From the NCBI GenBank assembly GCA_963789265.1, contig CAWBKB010000008.1, positions 32,001 to 96,000 of the forward strand: DNA of 64,000 bases, given 5' to 3'. Under the pieces are notes generated by a model. The model had not been told where the DNA came from. It worked only from the letters and a program-made list of their open reading frames with translations, and searched no databases. This DNA comes from an uncultured delta proteobacterium. Lineage in GTDB: Bacteria; Desulfobacterota; Desulfomonilia; Desulfomonilales; Desulfomonilaceae. Positions 29,497 to 39,798 of the stretch are shown here, one piece after another. Position numbers and translations under genes: made by a program. Numbering within the stretch: the first letter of the stretch is position 1; each line of letters opens with the position of its first letter.

Positions 29497-31138
29497 CTAG
29501 GTCTCGGTACGCTTTTGCTCTTCGGCACGGATTTCTCGCCGAAGTAGTTTTCCCACTTTTGATTTGGGCAGCATGTCTCTAAATTCTATGTATTGTGGTA
29601 TCTTGTATTGAACCAGCTTCTCCTTGCACCAACGTAACAGTTCATAACCCGTAATCCCTTTCACATCTTTCTTGAGGACTACGAAAGCTTTTATGCGCTG
29701 TCCCACCTTGGGATCGGGCACTCCCACCACACATGATTCGATCACTGCCGGGTGTTCCTGAAGGACCGCTTCTATTTCGGACGCGGAGACCCGATAGCCT
29801 TTGTGTTTGATAGTATCGGCAGACCGGTCAACGAAATACAGAAATCCATTCTCATCTTGCTTGACGATGTCCGATGTTCGGTACCAGAGTCGTCCGTTTA
29901 TCTCGACAAATGAAGCTTTGGTTTCCTCCGGCTTGTTAAGATATGCTCTCACCATTCTGTCCGATGAGACCAGTAGTTCCCCGGGTTGCCCGATGTCAAC
30001 CGGATTGGTGCCGTCAGAATCGACAACCATGATCTGCTTGCTGGGCAGCTTCAAACCCATGGTCAGAGGAGGGATCTCCTTGCCCGCAGGGGCCATAACA
30101 ATTCCCCCGCACGTTTCGGTGGCACCGTAACCTTGAACGATATCGATTCCGAAGCGTTTCTTCCAGCGATTCGAGACTTCCAAGGGAAGGACGTCTCCAC
30201 CTGAAAAGCAGTACTTCAACGGAGAAAGGTCGTATTGGTCACCTCGGACGTGCTCTAAAACCATTCGATAAAATGCAGGGACACCGATTATGCTCGTGGC
30301 TCTGTATCGCTGTATAGAGTCGAAGACCGCGTCGAGATTGACCCGAGGGCTCACCAGTATGGTGCCGCCGCCGACGATAATCGTGGACAGACTACATGTC
30401 TGTCCCAGAACGTGAAACAGCGGTGCACCACCCAGGATCACGTCCCGATCTTTGGGAAACAGTGGATCTCGCACCGAAAGCTGTTCTTCGGAAGAAACAA
30501 GGAATAATCCGTGTGAAATGGGAACACCTTTCGGGTGTTTGGTCGTTCCGCCGGTATACAGGATCTCTGCTGCGTCGTCTTTTCCCACGCCAGGTTCCGG
30601 AGCCGGAGGATGGGATTCGGAGAGCATGTCTTTCATCAAGCTGATGAAATCGGCCTGCTCTACTTTGCCCCTGGGGACTTTGTCCGCGATAAGTCCGAAT
30701 ACCCGTTTCCACATTGGGAGCAAGTCAGCCAAATTCGTTATGATAACCCGTTCGATTGAGGTGTTGGGCATGGAGCGCTTGACATAGCCGTAATTCCTGT
30801 CAGCGCATACAACAGCTTTTGCCCCCGTATCCGTAGCTATGTATTTGAGATCAGTATCGGTGTAAATAGGAGTGATGGGAACCGCAACTCCTCCCAATCT
30901 CTGAATCCCAAGCCATGCAACGACAAACTGGATCGAGTTGGGAATATACATCACGATACGATCACGCTCTTTCAGACCTACAGAAGCGAGAGATGCCGCG
31001 AACCGCTCGGCCATATTGAGCAGTTTTCGGTAAGAGGTACTTCGTGCCAAGAAACACCACAGCGGCCTTATTGGGGTACTTCTGCGCCATTGCCTCAAAG
31101 GCTTTGAAGATGGTGGGGTACTCCGGTTCCGACGTCAT
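29497..31138 (-). CDS. Long-chain acyl-CoA ligase family protein (frameshift near 31037)
   Basis: LYTGGTTKHPKG, GYGATE, PKSKVGKL; N-terminus MTSEPEYPTIFKAF from ATG 31138 (RBS GGAGGA) rejoins after removing one C. Confidence 0.88.
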
Positions 31139-31153
31139 GGGAAAATCCTCCGT

Positions 31154-31900
31154 TTACACACCGAAATACGCTGCCTTCACCTCGGGGTTGTCCATTAGCT
31201 CCAGGCCGCCGCCTTCCATGGTGAGCATGCCGTTCTCAAGGATGTGGCCGTGGTCGATCATGGGAAGGATGGGTCGTGCGAACTGTTCGGATATCACAAT
31301 GGTAAGGCCGGTTTCAGCGTGGATTGTCTTTATTGATTCAACAAGAGTAGTTTGCATTACAGGGCTTAGGCCCAGCAGAGGTTCGTCCAGTAGCAGAAGT
31401 TTCGGTTTTGCCATGAGTGCCATGCCTATGGCGAGCATTTGCTGCTCGCCACCGCTAAGAAACCCGGCCTTCCGCGTTTTGAGGCGTACGAGAGTAGGAA
31501 AGAGGTGAAACACGTAATCTATAGTCTTTTTCACATCTGATCTTTTACGCAAATATCCCGCAATCTTCAAGTTCTCAACGAGATCCGACTCGCGGAATAT
31601 GGGGTGTCGCTCTCGGCAGAGCACCATACCTCTCTCAACCCGATCACTGGGATACATGTTGGTGATGTCTTCACCCTCGAACTTTACGACGCCGTAAAGG
31701 GTAATCCTTTCACCGCCTTTTCGCTGCTCCTTGATCTTGGTATCGATGATCAGCCCCGATATGGTATTCATCAGCGTGGTCTTGCCTGCGCTGTTGGAGC
31801 CGATAACGGCTACAATGGACCCCGGTTCGACTTTCATGTTGAAATCGTTCAGCGCCAGGGCATTCTCATAAAAGACCATAAGATTGGATATTTCAAGCAT
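31154..31900 (-). CDS. livF: LIV-type ABC transporter ATPase
   Basis: GSNSAGKTT, LSGGEQQMLA, LLLDEP. Confidence 0.88.
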   Translation of the reverse strand: MLEISNLMVFYENALALNDFNMKVEPGSIVAVIGSNSAGKTTLMNTISGLIIDTKIKEQRKGGERITLYGVVKFEGEDITNMYPSDRVERGMVLCRERHPIFRESDLVENLKIAGYLRKRSDVKKTIDYVFHLFPTLVRLKTRKAGFLSGGEQQMLAIGMALMAKPKLLLLDEPLLGLSPVMQTTLVESIKTIHAETGLTIVISEQFARPILPMIDHGHILENGMLTMEGGGLELMDNPEVKAAYFGV

Positions 31901-31967
31901 AAGGTCCCCTGATTGCAGAGTTCATGTTCGGGCATTTAACGCACCAGCAGCCAATGAGGAGGTACCA

Positions 31968-32737
31968 CTACTCGGTGCCTAGGTAAGCTTGTTTCACCTC
32001 TGCTTTTTCCATGACTTCGGCGGGCCGGCCATCAGCGATGGCCCGTCCATAGTTTAGCACCACCACACGGTCCGCGATACGGAACAACTCACGTAATCGG
32101 TGCTCTATCATGATTACACTCTTGCCTTCGGTCATGAGCTTTTCAATGATCGGCACGATGCTCGCCAGTTCGGCTATGCTGAGCCCTGAAAACAGTTCAT
32201 CAAGTATGAGCAGGTCGGCTCGAAGCGCCAGACACTTTGCCAGCTCCAAACGTTTCAGATACCCGTGAGGCAAGCTTCCGGAAGCTTTGAGAGTAACCGA
32301 AGACTCGCGCTCGAAGCCCACTTCTTCCAGAAGGTCTTTTGCCACGGAGTCACGGTCGCCGTACTTTCCACCCGAAAGCTTTTGGACGCGGGGGAATAAA
32401 GAGGAATCACGAGGTTCTTGAACGCCGGAAGTTCCGCGAAAGGCCGAATCATCTGAAAGGTGCGTGCGATGCCGAGCCTTGCGATTTTGTAAGGCATCAA
32501 ACCTGTTATGTTCCGACCGTCGTAGTCGATGGTTCCAGAGTCAGGAGCCAGGAATCCGGTTATGAGGTTAACCAATGTGGTCTTTCCCGATCCGTTCGGG
32601 CCGATTATGCCCAACAACTCGCCTCTGTGGAGGTCGAAACTAACTCCAACCACCGCTCGCACACCGCCGAAGCTCTTGCTGACGTTTCGAACGCTCAGGA
32701 TCATCTCACGGTTGTCGATACTAGCTGCTTCGTTCAT
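31968..32737 (-). CDS. livG: LIV-type ABC transporter ATPase (frameshift near 32392)
   Basis: KSFGGVRAV, GPNGSGKTT, IARTFQ, LILDE, IEH, QAYLG across two frames. Confidence 0.85.
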
Positions 32738-32772
32738 AAACTTGGGGCCTCTATTGATTGTTGCCGGGGGGG

Positions 32773-33780
32773 TCAGCCTTCCGTTGCCACCCACCGCTCG
32801 AACTGCTGATATTTGCGCTGGATATAGTGGAAAATCCCTTCCGGAAGTGAAACTATGAAAACCACAAGGAAAAGCGCATATAAGACTGTGCGAAGGCCGC
32901 CGATGCCGCGAAGTGCCTCGGAAAGCGGCACGAGTATGAAAGCTCCCATCAAAGAACCGGCAAAGGTTCCCATTCCCCCCACAACCGCGGCCGCCAGCGG
33001 CAGTATGGAATAATCGAGGGCAAAATCAGGCATGCCTACAAACATGTACTCATGGGTCATGAATGCGCCGCAAAAAGCGCCTACACATGCAGCGATGAAA
33101 AGCGCCTGCGCTTTCATCCAATATATGTTGATGCCCGCGCTCATGACGGAATTGTCATTGTCTTTGATTGCCTTCAACACCAGTCCGTAATCCGACGCCG
33201 CCAGTCTGCGGAATGCAAACAGTGCTATGAGCAGCGCAATCACTACAACGTAGATCGCCACCCAATCGTTGGGAAACGTTCTTATACCTGTCAGTCCTTC
33301 TGTTCCGCCCAGCATGCCCGTGGCCTCAACGATGCGCTCGAGCATCAGGGGGAACACCAGGGTGACCATTGAGAAGTATATGCCCCGCAGCCTCAACACG
33401 GGCAAGAGGAGAATCATAGACAAAGCTCCTCCCAGAACAGTTGCTAAAGGAATGGTGAGCCATATAGGGAAGCCGGCGAAATGATCGAGGGAACCGGCAA
33501 TGTAAGCTCCCAATCCGAAGAACAGAGCTTGCCCGAGAGAAACCATTCCCGCGGTCACAAGAAAATCCCAACTCATAGCCAGGAGGCCGAAAACTGCCGT
33601 CTGAAGGAGGACTTTCTGCCAGTACGACGGAAGAATAAGCGGCAGGACCAGGAGCACCACAATGGGCAGGGCCGGCGGAACCGCCACATACAACATCTCC
33701 CGATAGGAAGTTAGGACAAAAATGTCATCGGATCGGGCTTTTATTCCGCGATCTACTCTCTCTTTTCGTAGTTGTTTCAC
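32773..33780 (-). CDS. livM: LIV-type ABC transporter permease
   Basis: GMVSLGQALFFG, RLRGIYFSMVTL, VVGGMGT; many TM segments. Confidence 0.88.
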   Translation of the reverse strand: MKQLRKERVDRGIKARSDDIFVLTSYREMLYVAVPPALPIVVLLVLPLILPSYWQKVLLQTAVFGLLAMSWDFLVTAGMVSLGQALFFGLGAYIAGSLDHFAGFPIWLTIPLATVLGGALSMILLLPVLRLRGIYFSMVTLVFPLMLERIVEATGMLGGTEGLTGIRTFPNDWVAIYVVVIALLIALFAFRRLAASDYGLVLKAIKDNDNSVMSAGINIYWMKAQALFIAACVGAFCGAFMTHEYMFVGMPDFALDYSILPLAAAVVGGMGTFAGSLMGAFILVPLSEALRGIGGLRTVLYALFLVVFIVSLPEGIFHYIQRKYQQFERWVATEG

Positions 33781-33891
33781 TGCTCCACCGAAGCTGTCCG
33801 GACACGCCGGTTGGGCGGCCCCTTCTTTTCCTTTGGAAAGGAGTTGACGGATATTATGTCGTCTAAACGGACATTGTTTTCAGCAACTACT

Positions 33892-34766
33892 CTATATTCG
33901 CTCTTCCAGCTCTTTTTGCTTCCCGAACAGACCCGATGGCTTCACCACCAGGATGATGAGGATGGCTGCCAAGGATACGATCATTTTCCAGTGAGGTCCG
34001 GAAAGAGTATCGGTTATCATCTGCGCGTATCCTATCATGAAGGAGGCTACTATGACTCCCGCCGTGCTGCCCAGGCCGCCGATGATACAGACTGCCATCG
34101 CATTGATAAGAACGTCATATCCCTCATTTACGGATATGGTGCCTCTCGGGAGAATCAAAATCGCGGCAACAGCAGCCAAACCCGCGCCAAAGGCAACACT
34201 TATTCCGGCGATTCGGTCCGAGTTGATACCCAAAGATAAGGCAGTCCTCTCGTCCTGAGCTATACCTCTGAAGGCAAGCCCCAGTCGTGTATAGTGAGTA
34301 AAAACATATAGCCCGGCGGCGAGTGCAATCCCGATCCCGACTATCCAGATACGCTGCGCGTCCACATACGTGCTTCCGATCAGGTACACTTCCGTCCGTG
34401 AACGGCGGTAGGGTGTATTCAAATCCGGTGAACCCGAGGTAGCGAAACGTCTCCAATATGGCTAAACCCACGCCAAAAGTTGCGATAACTTCCGAGATCA
34501 CGAGGCCTCTGACTCTGAGTAGCACGAATCTGTATAGTGCTGCCCCAAGAGCTGCGGTAAGCAGGACGGCAAGTATGGCGGAGAGAAAGAATGGGATGGA
34601 AAGCTTGTGTATGAATAGCCACGTTGCAAATCCGGCCAGAACTGTACATCGCGCCATAGGCAAAATTGGAAACTCCGCTGATACCGAAAGTGAGACTGAA
34701 GCCCAGAGCCACGAGGGCCAATATGATGCTGTTCACGAACCCGTAAATTAAAGTCACTTCGAGCAT
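33892..34766 (-). CDS. livH: LIV-type ABC transporter permease (frameshifts near 34643 and 34384)
   Basis: ALGFSLTFGISGVSNFAYG, TRLGLAFRGIAQD, IIGGLGS, KPSGLFG across three frames. Confidence 0.85.
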
Positions 34767-34918
34767 TTAGTTTCCTTTCGCGTATGGACCGCCGTTCAAG
34801 TTGCCCATGAGGGCCCCTTCGCCAAAACCACGTCCGAGCCCACGTTTGCTGTTTTTCCCCCGGCGATCTCACGGCCGGAAAGCACCGGGGGAGTCTGGCG
34901 ATGTGCCTTCCTGCAAGA

Positions 34919-36193
34919 CTACTTAGGTGCTTTCATCCATGCAGGCAGCTTGATGGACCCTTCAGCCAAGGACTTTGGAAAAACTATAACTCTGTGACCG
35001 TCCTCGGTCCATTGCGACATGCAACCGGTCGCGGTCTTAGTAGGGTCGTTACCATAGATGACCTGATGAGCGTCGTCGAACTTGATCCTTCCGACGATTC
35101 CCTTGCGGTCTGTCTTTTGTATCTCCTCGACTAACTTGTCGGGGTTCAGTGATCCAGCGCGTTCAATAGCTTCGGCCAAGATGTACACCGCGTCATAAGT
35201 AGGGGCTGGTCCATGACCGGCTTCTATGGGAACACCGTATTTCTTCTTGTACGCATCGTAGAATTTCTTCGCGGGCGGGTATTTTTTCGGCCCAATTCCG
35301 CTCCCAATTTCGGCGCTCGCGTTCATAAGCCCGCCGATCTTCCCTTCGAAGGTCTTCCAAGCTCCCGGACCGGTCATCATTGCGATGTAACCCATGACCA
35401 CCGTCGGGATTTTAAGCGATCGCCACTGCTTGAGGAGAATCCCGCTCTGAGGCATGTCAAACACCGGGAAGATAACTTGAGCCCCCTTGCTTTTTGCCTT
35501 CATAAGACCTGCCGAAAAGTCCGACGAGCCGGTGGGATACACCTCGGTTCCCAGGATTTCCCACCCGAATTTTGATGACGCCACCTTTTCTGTTCCCATT
35601 GCTGTGGCCCTGGCCCAAAGCACGTCCTGATGCATGGCATAGAGCTTGTTGAATCCGAATTCCTTTTTCATGAAATCCAGAGTGGACACCATATAGCGCA
35701 CAAAATGAATCGCGTTGAGGCAAACACGGAAATAATATTTATATTTTGCAGGATCGGATTTGAATTTTTCCGCTGTCTTGGGCGTCATAGCAATGGTGCA
35801 CAGCGTGGGGATCTTATATTTCGCAATTATATCCATTCCCGCCAGCAACGCCTCGGAGCGGAACGGCCCCACGACTATGGCTGAAATTTTTTTCTCGGTG
35901 ATAATTTTTTCCAGCCCGAGAAGCGCTTCGGAAACCGGAACCCCGGGGGAGGCGTCACGCAGATCGGCTGTCTCGATCTGCAAGGGTCGTTTAACCTTGC
36001 CGACTTTCACGCCGCCACGGGCGTTGATCTCGTCCACCGCCATCTGGACCGCCTTGAGACATTCCCCGCCTTCACGGGTAGTGAGAGCGGTCGGCACCCC
36101 GATTAGTATCGGCTGCTCCGCCGGAGCCGGAGTCGTCGTCCCGAGTAATGCACAGATAGCGAGCAATCCAACGGCCACAGAAAGCTTCTTCAT
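34919..36193 (-). CDS. ABC transporter substrate-binding protein (LivJ/K type)
   Basis: Signal peptide MKKLSVAV after RBS GGAGGA; AVDEINARGGV; paralog of 38078-39352. Confidence 0.9.
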   Translation of the reverse strand: MKKLSVAVGLLAICALLGTTTPAPAEQPILIGVPTALTTREGGECLKAVQMAVDEINARGGVKVGKVKRPLQIETADLRDASPGVPVSEALLGLEKIITEKKISAIVVGPFRSEALLAGMDIIAKYKIPTLCTIAMTPKTAEKFKSDPAKYKYYFRVCLNAIHFVRYMVSTLDFMKKEFGFNKLYAMHQDVLWARATAMGTEKVASSKFGWEILGTEVYPTGSSDFSAGLMKAKSKGAQVIFPVFDMPQSGILLKQWRSLKIPTVVMGYIAMMTGPGAWKTFEGKIGGLMNASAEIGSGIGPKKYPPAKKFYDAYKKKYGVPIEAGHGPAPTYDAVYILAEAIERAGSLNPDKLVEEIQKTDRKGIVGRIKFDDAHQVIYGNDPTKTATGCMSQWTEDGHRVIVFPKSLAEGSIKLPAWMKAPK

Positions 36194-36332
36194 GCCATTC
36201 CTCCTCGGTTGATAAAAAATTTTGTTAATCAATGGGATCCATCTCCCTCGTCCGTTCACTCCAGATACGGAAAGAACCATTGCCTCACACCCGGTGGCGT
36301 AGATGCGCGGCTTCCGATTCATCTTTCCAGGA

Positions 36333-37838
36333 TCATCCTCCATTTCCGACGGCGAATTGTTTCCTCAACTCTCGCTTTAGAATCTTGCCGGCCGCGCTCT
36401 TGGGCATTTCAGTCAGCATCACGTATTCTTTCGGGACCTTGAAAGGCGACAAGCGATCCTTCAAGTATAGCTTCATTTCTTCCGGAATGATTTCCCGCCC
36501 CGGCTGTGGTACGATAAAGACCACGACCCTTTCGCCCCACTCCTTGTCGGGAAGTCCTACAACCGCACATTCTTGCACATCGGCTACAGTATAAATGACT
36601 TCTTCCACTTCACGGGGGTACACGTTTTCTCCCCCCGTGATGATCATATCTTTGAGCCGATCCACAATGTAAAGGTACTCGTTCTCATCAAAAACACCAA
36701 TGTCCCCGGTTCGAAACCAGCCATTTTCCCAGAATGCATCTTCCGTTGCTTCCGGATTGTCCAGGTATCCCCTTAAAACGTTAGGTCCTCGGACACATAT
36801 CTCGCCTTCCTGCCCCTGTGCAACCCGATTCCCCCGGGTGTCTCTGATCTGCGCTTCCACACCGGCCACCGTCGTGCCTACCGAGCCGACAACGTGATGG
36901 TAATAGTGATTATATGTCACAGCGGTTGCCGTTTCAGTCATTCCGTAGCTTTCGTGGATCGTCAGACCGGTTTGTTCCTTCCACCGTCGAACTATTTCCG
37001 CTGCCATGCTTGCAGCCGCGGAGAAACTGTATCTAATTTTTCCCAGTTTCTCCTTGAGATTATCCACGGTAAGCAGACGGGCATAGATTGTCGGTACAGC
37101 GAAGAACTTTGTTGCCCGCCCCGCGCTCGTGAGTGCCAGGACCCGGTCCATATCGTAGTTCGGAAGAATCTCGACACATCCGCAGCTCAGGATAGTAGCA
37201 TTCATGATGTGTATCTGACCGAAGACATGGTTAAAAGGGAGAAAACACAGAGCGCGGTCCGTCTCCGATGAGCGCTCGTAATAGGCGACATTGTGACTGC
37301 CCGCGTTGATATTTTCGTGACTCAACATGACTCCCTTAGGAGTTCCGGTCGTACCGCCGGTGTAGAGTACCGCGGCGGTGTCTATGCGGTCTCTGTCCAC
37401 AGCCTTGAAAGATTCCGTCCCCATTTCAAGAAGTCGTGGCAGCGACAAATCGCCTTGCGGGCAGATAGTCTTTTCGATGCCCGCCGATGCCCGCAAGTTT
37501 TCCAGGCTATCGAGTTTGTCATCAGTGGTGAAAATAAATCTTGGCTTTGAGTGGTTGAGCAACAGAGCCAGTTCCTCGCCCCTGAGGAGACTGGACAATG
37601 TGATGGCAATAGCGCCCGCCTTGAGTACGCCAAAGTAGAAGCCAATCCAGTCGGCGGAATTAGCCGCGCATAGACCGATATGATCTCCGGCTTTAATTCC
37701 CATTCTCGTGAGCCCAGTGGCTATGCGATTGGCGCGGTTGTTGAGTTCCCCGTAAGTGATATCTGCCCCGCCTTCGCTCGCGGCCGGCCGGTCAGGGAAG
37801 AAAAGAGCCGACCGTTCCAAATTGCAGGACAAATTCAT
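36333..37838 (-). CDS. Acyl-CoA ligase (AMP-forming)
   Basis: LYTGGTTGTPKG, YGMTE, RTGDIG, PKSAAGKI; ATG 37838 after GGAG. Confidence 0.92.
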   Translation of the reverse strand: MNLSCNLERSALFFPDRPAASEGGADITYGELNNRANRIATGLTRMGIKAGDHIGLCAANSADWIGFYFGVLKAGAIAITLSSLLRGEELALLLNHSKPRFIFTTDDKLDSLENLRASAGIEKTICPQGDLSLPRLLEMGTESFKAVDRDRIDTAAVLYTGGTTGTPKGVMLSHENINAGSHNVAYYERSSETDRALCFLPFNHVFGQIHIMNATILSCGCVEILPNYDMDRVLALTSAGRATKFFAVPTIYARLLTVDNLKEKLGKIRYSFSAAASMAAEIVRRWKEQTGLTIHESYGMTETATAVTYNHYYHHVVGSVGTTVAGVEAQIRDTRGNRVAQGQEGEICVRGPNVLRGYLDNPEATEDAFWENGWFRTGDIGVFDENEYLYIVDRLKDMIITGGENVYPREVEEVIYTVADVQECAVVGLPDKEWGERVVVFIVPQPGREIIPEEMKLYLKDRLSPFKVPKEYVMLTEMPKSAAGKILKRELRKQFAVGNGG

Positions 37839-38077
37839 GCTCACTCCTCTGGAAGTGTCTTTTTGTCGCTTTTCGCCTGGTGGTGGGGCTGCTCCTTGGG
37901 GGGCTCCAACCACAGTGGCGGCCACATTCCAACACTTGAGTTCCCCCTCTCACGAGGCTGTGGGAGAGAGGCACTTCAATCAGGTCTGGGCGCCCGGCAC
38001 CCCTTGCTTCGTCGAGCGGAGCAAGGGGCGTTCTCGGAGGCTTCCCTATTCTGCGGCCGGGAACCGCACCCACCGAC

Positions 38078-39352
38078 TTACTTGGCCGGCTTCAGCCAGT
38101 CAGGCAATTTGATGGGGCCATCTGCAATAGGTTTTGGATACACTATTACTCGCTTACCGTCGTCTCTCCATTGGAATATGCAACCCACGGCCGTTTTCGT
38201 GGGATCAGCCCCGTAAATGACCTGATTCCCTTCGTCGAATTTGATCCTTCCGATGACGCCCTTGCGGTCCGTCTTCTTTATTTCCGCCACCAACTTGTCG
38301 GGATCCAGCGATCCGGCCCGTTCGATAGCTTCTTTTAGAATGTAAACCGAGTCGTATGACGGCGCGGGACCGTGACCCGCCTGAATGGTCTCGCCATACT
38401 TCTTCTTGTACGCGTTATAGAATTTCATGGAGGGGGGGTACTTGTCGGTAGCAATTCCGCTGCCTATCTCGTAGTTGCAATTCAGAAGGCCCACGATTTT
38501 GCCCCCAAAGGTCTTCCATGCCTTTGATCCGCACATAGGACCGATGAACCCGTCGATAAGGGCAGGAATTTTCATTGACAGCGATTGCTTGAGGAGTATC
38601 CCCCCCTCAGGCATGTCAAAAATGGGGAGTATAACCTGAGCACCCAGACTTTTCGCTTTGCTGAGACCGGCCGAAAAATCAGATGAACCCGTCGGATACA
38701 CCTCGCTGCCCACGAGTTTCCAGCCGTATTTGGCAACCGCCACCTTAGCTGTAAAACCGGCAGTGGCCCGGGCCCAGAGCACATCCTGATTCATGGTGAA
38801 GAGTTTTGTGAATCCGAACTCGTCCTTTATAGCTCCCAGATTGCTCGACAGATATCCCACCAGGTATTTGGCGTCAAAGGAAACACGGAAGATGTACTTG
38901 TACTTTTCTGGATTCTTTTTGACCATTGCTTCCGATTTGGGCGACATGGCGATGGTTCCCAGCATAGGGACTTTGTACTTCGACATGATATCCATGCCCG
39001 GAAGCAAAGCCTCCGACCGGAACGGCCCCACGACTAGTGCGACAGGCTTCTTTTCGGTTATAATCTTCTCGAGTCCAAGGAGGGCCTCAGACACGGGGAC
39101 ACCGGGAGAGGAATCCCGCAAATCAATGGACTCAATCTTAAGGGGTCTCTTGGTCTTCCCAACCTTGACCCCACCTTTTGCATTGATCTCGTCAACTGCC
39201 ATTTGTACAGTTCTGAGCGACTCTTTTCCTTCAATAGATGTAAGAGAAGTGGGGAGACCTATAACGATCGGCTCAGCTCCCATTACAGTTGTAGCCGTCC
39301 AGCCCATAGACAAGACAACAACAACAGCCGCCAACGCAAGTAGCTTGTTCAC
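38078..39352 (-). CDS. ABC transporter substrate-binding protein (LivJ/K type)
   Basis: Signal peptide; shares DLRD.SPGVPVSEALLGLEKIITEKK and other blocks with 34919-36193. Confidence 0.9.
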   Translation of the reverse strand: MNKLLALAAVVVVLSMGWTATTVMGAEPIVIGLPTSLTSIEGKESLRTVQMAVDEINAKGGVKVGKTKRPLKIESIDLRDSSPGVPVSEALLGLEKIITEKKPVALVVGPFRSEALLPGMDIMSKYKVPMLGTIAMSPKSEAMVKKNPEKYKYIFRVSFDAKYLVGYLSSNLGAIKDEFGFTKLFTMNQDVLWARATAGFTAKVAVAKYGWKLVGSEVYPTGSSDFSAGLSKAKSLGAQVILPIFDMPEGGILLKQSLSMKIPALIDGFIGPMCGSKAWKTFGGKIVGLLNCNYEIGSGIATDKYPPSMKFYNAYKKKYGETIQAGHGPAPSYDSVYILKEAIERAGSLDPDKLVAEIKKTDRKGVIGRIKFDEGNQVIYGADPTKTAVGCIFQWRDDGKRVIVYPKPIADGPIKLPDWLKPAK

Positions 39353-39482
39353 GGGATCCTCCTTTGTGAATAAAGGTTAAAAGATTAACTCAATCGCCCA
39401 TGATACGACGCCAAAAAAATGAAACGGAAGTTTGTATGCGAAGGGCAAGCAGACCATTAGTAAGTGAATTACTTGTATGTTG

Positions 39483-39529
39483 ATTGTTAAGGCATTAAGG
39501 ATTATTTTCCGGTCAAGACAATTTGTCAA
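39483..39529 (-). promoter_or_regulatory. Sigma70 promoter and operator of the transport operon
   Basis: TTGACA (39524-39529), 17 nt, AATAAT (39501-39506); ATTGTTAAGGCATTAAGGAT at 39483-39502. Confidence 0.7.
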
Positions 39530-39668
39530 GTTTTTTTTCTCCGCGTGAGGCAATCGTTCGCTGACGGCAACCATTCACTTTCGCGCGGGAAGAGATTGTC
39601 ATTGCGTGTCCCGCGTCTCGCTGGACGAAGCAATCTTTACCTCATACCGATTTGCTTTCAAACAAGTG

Positions 39669-39798
39669 ATACCAATGCGCTTTCATACATGTAAGACGAC
39701 GGGCACGGAGGCCCGTGCTACCCCACGTCCCGCGGGGTAGGGCCGGCGTCCCTGCCGGCCAAGACGTTCTTAATCATTCTTTTGAACGCGACATGGTG
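39669..39798. repeat. ATACC-ended MITE-like element whose right IR is interrupted by the intron
   Basis: Left ataccaatgcgctttca versus right tgaacgcgacatggtg|t (12/17 inverted match); internal REP hairpins; related ends near 39644 and 50004-50020. Confidence 0.6.
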
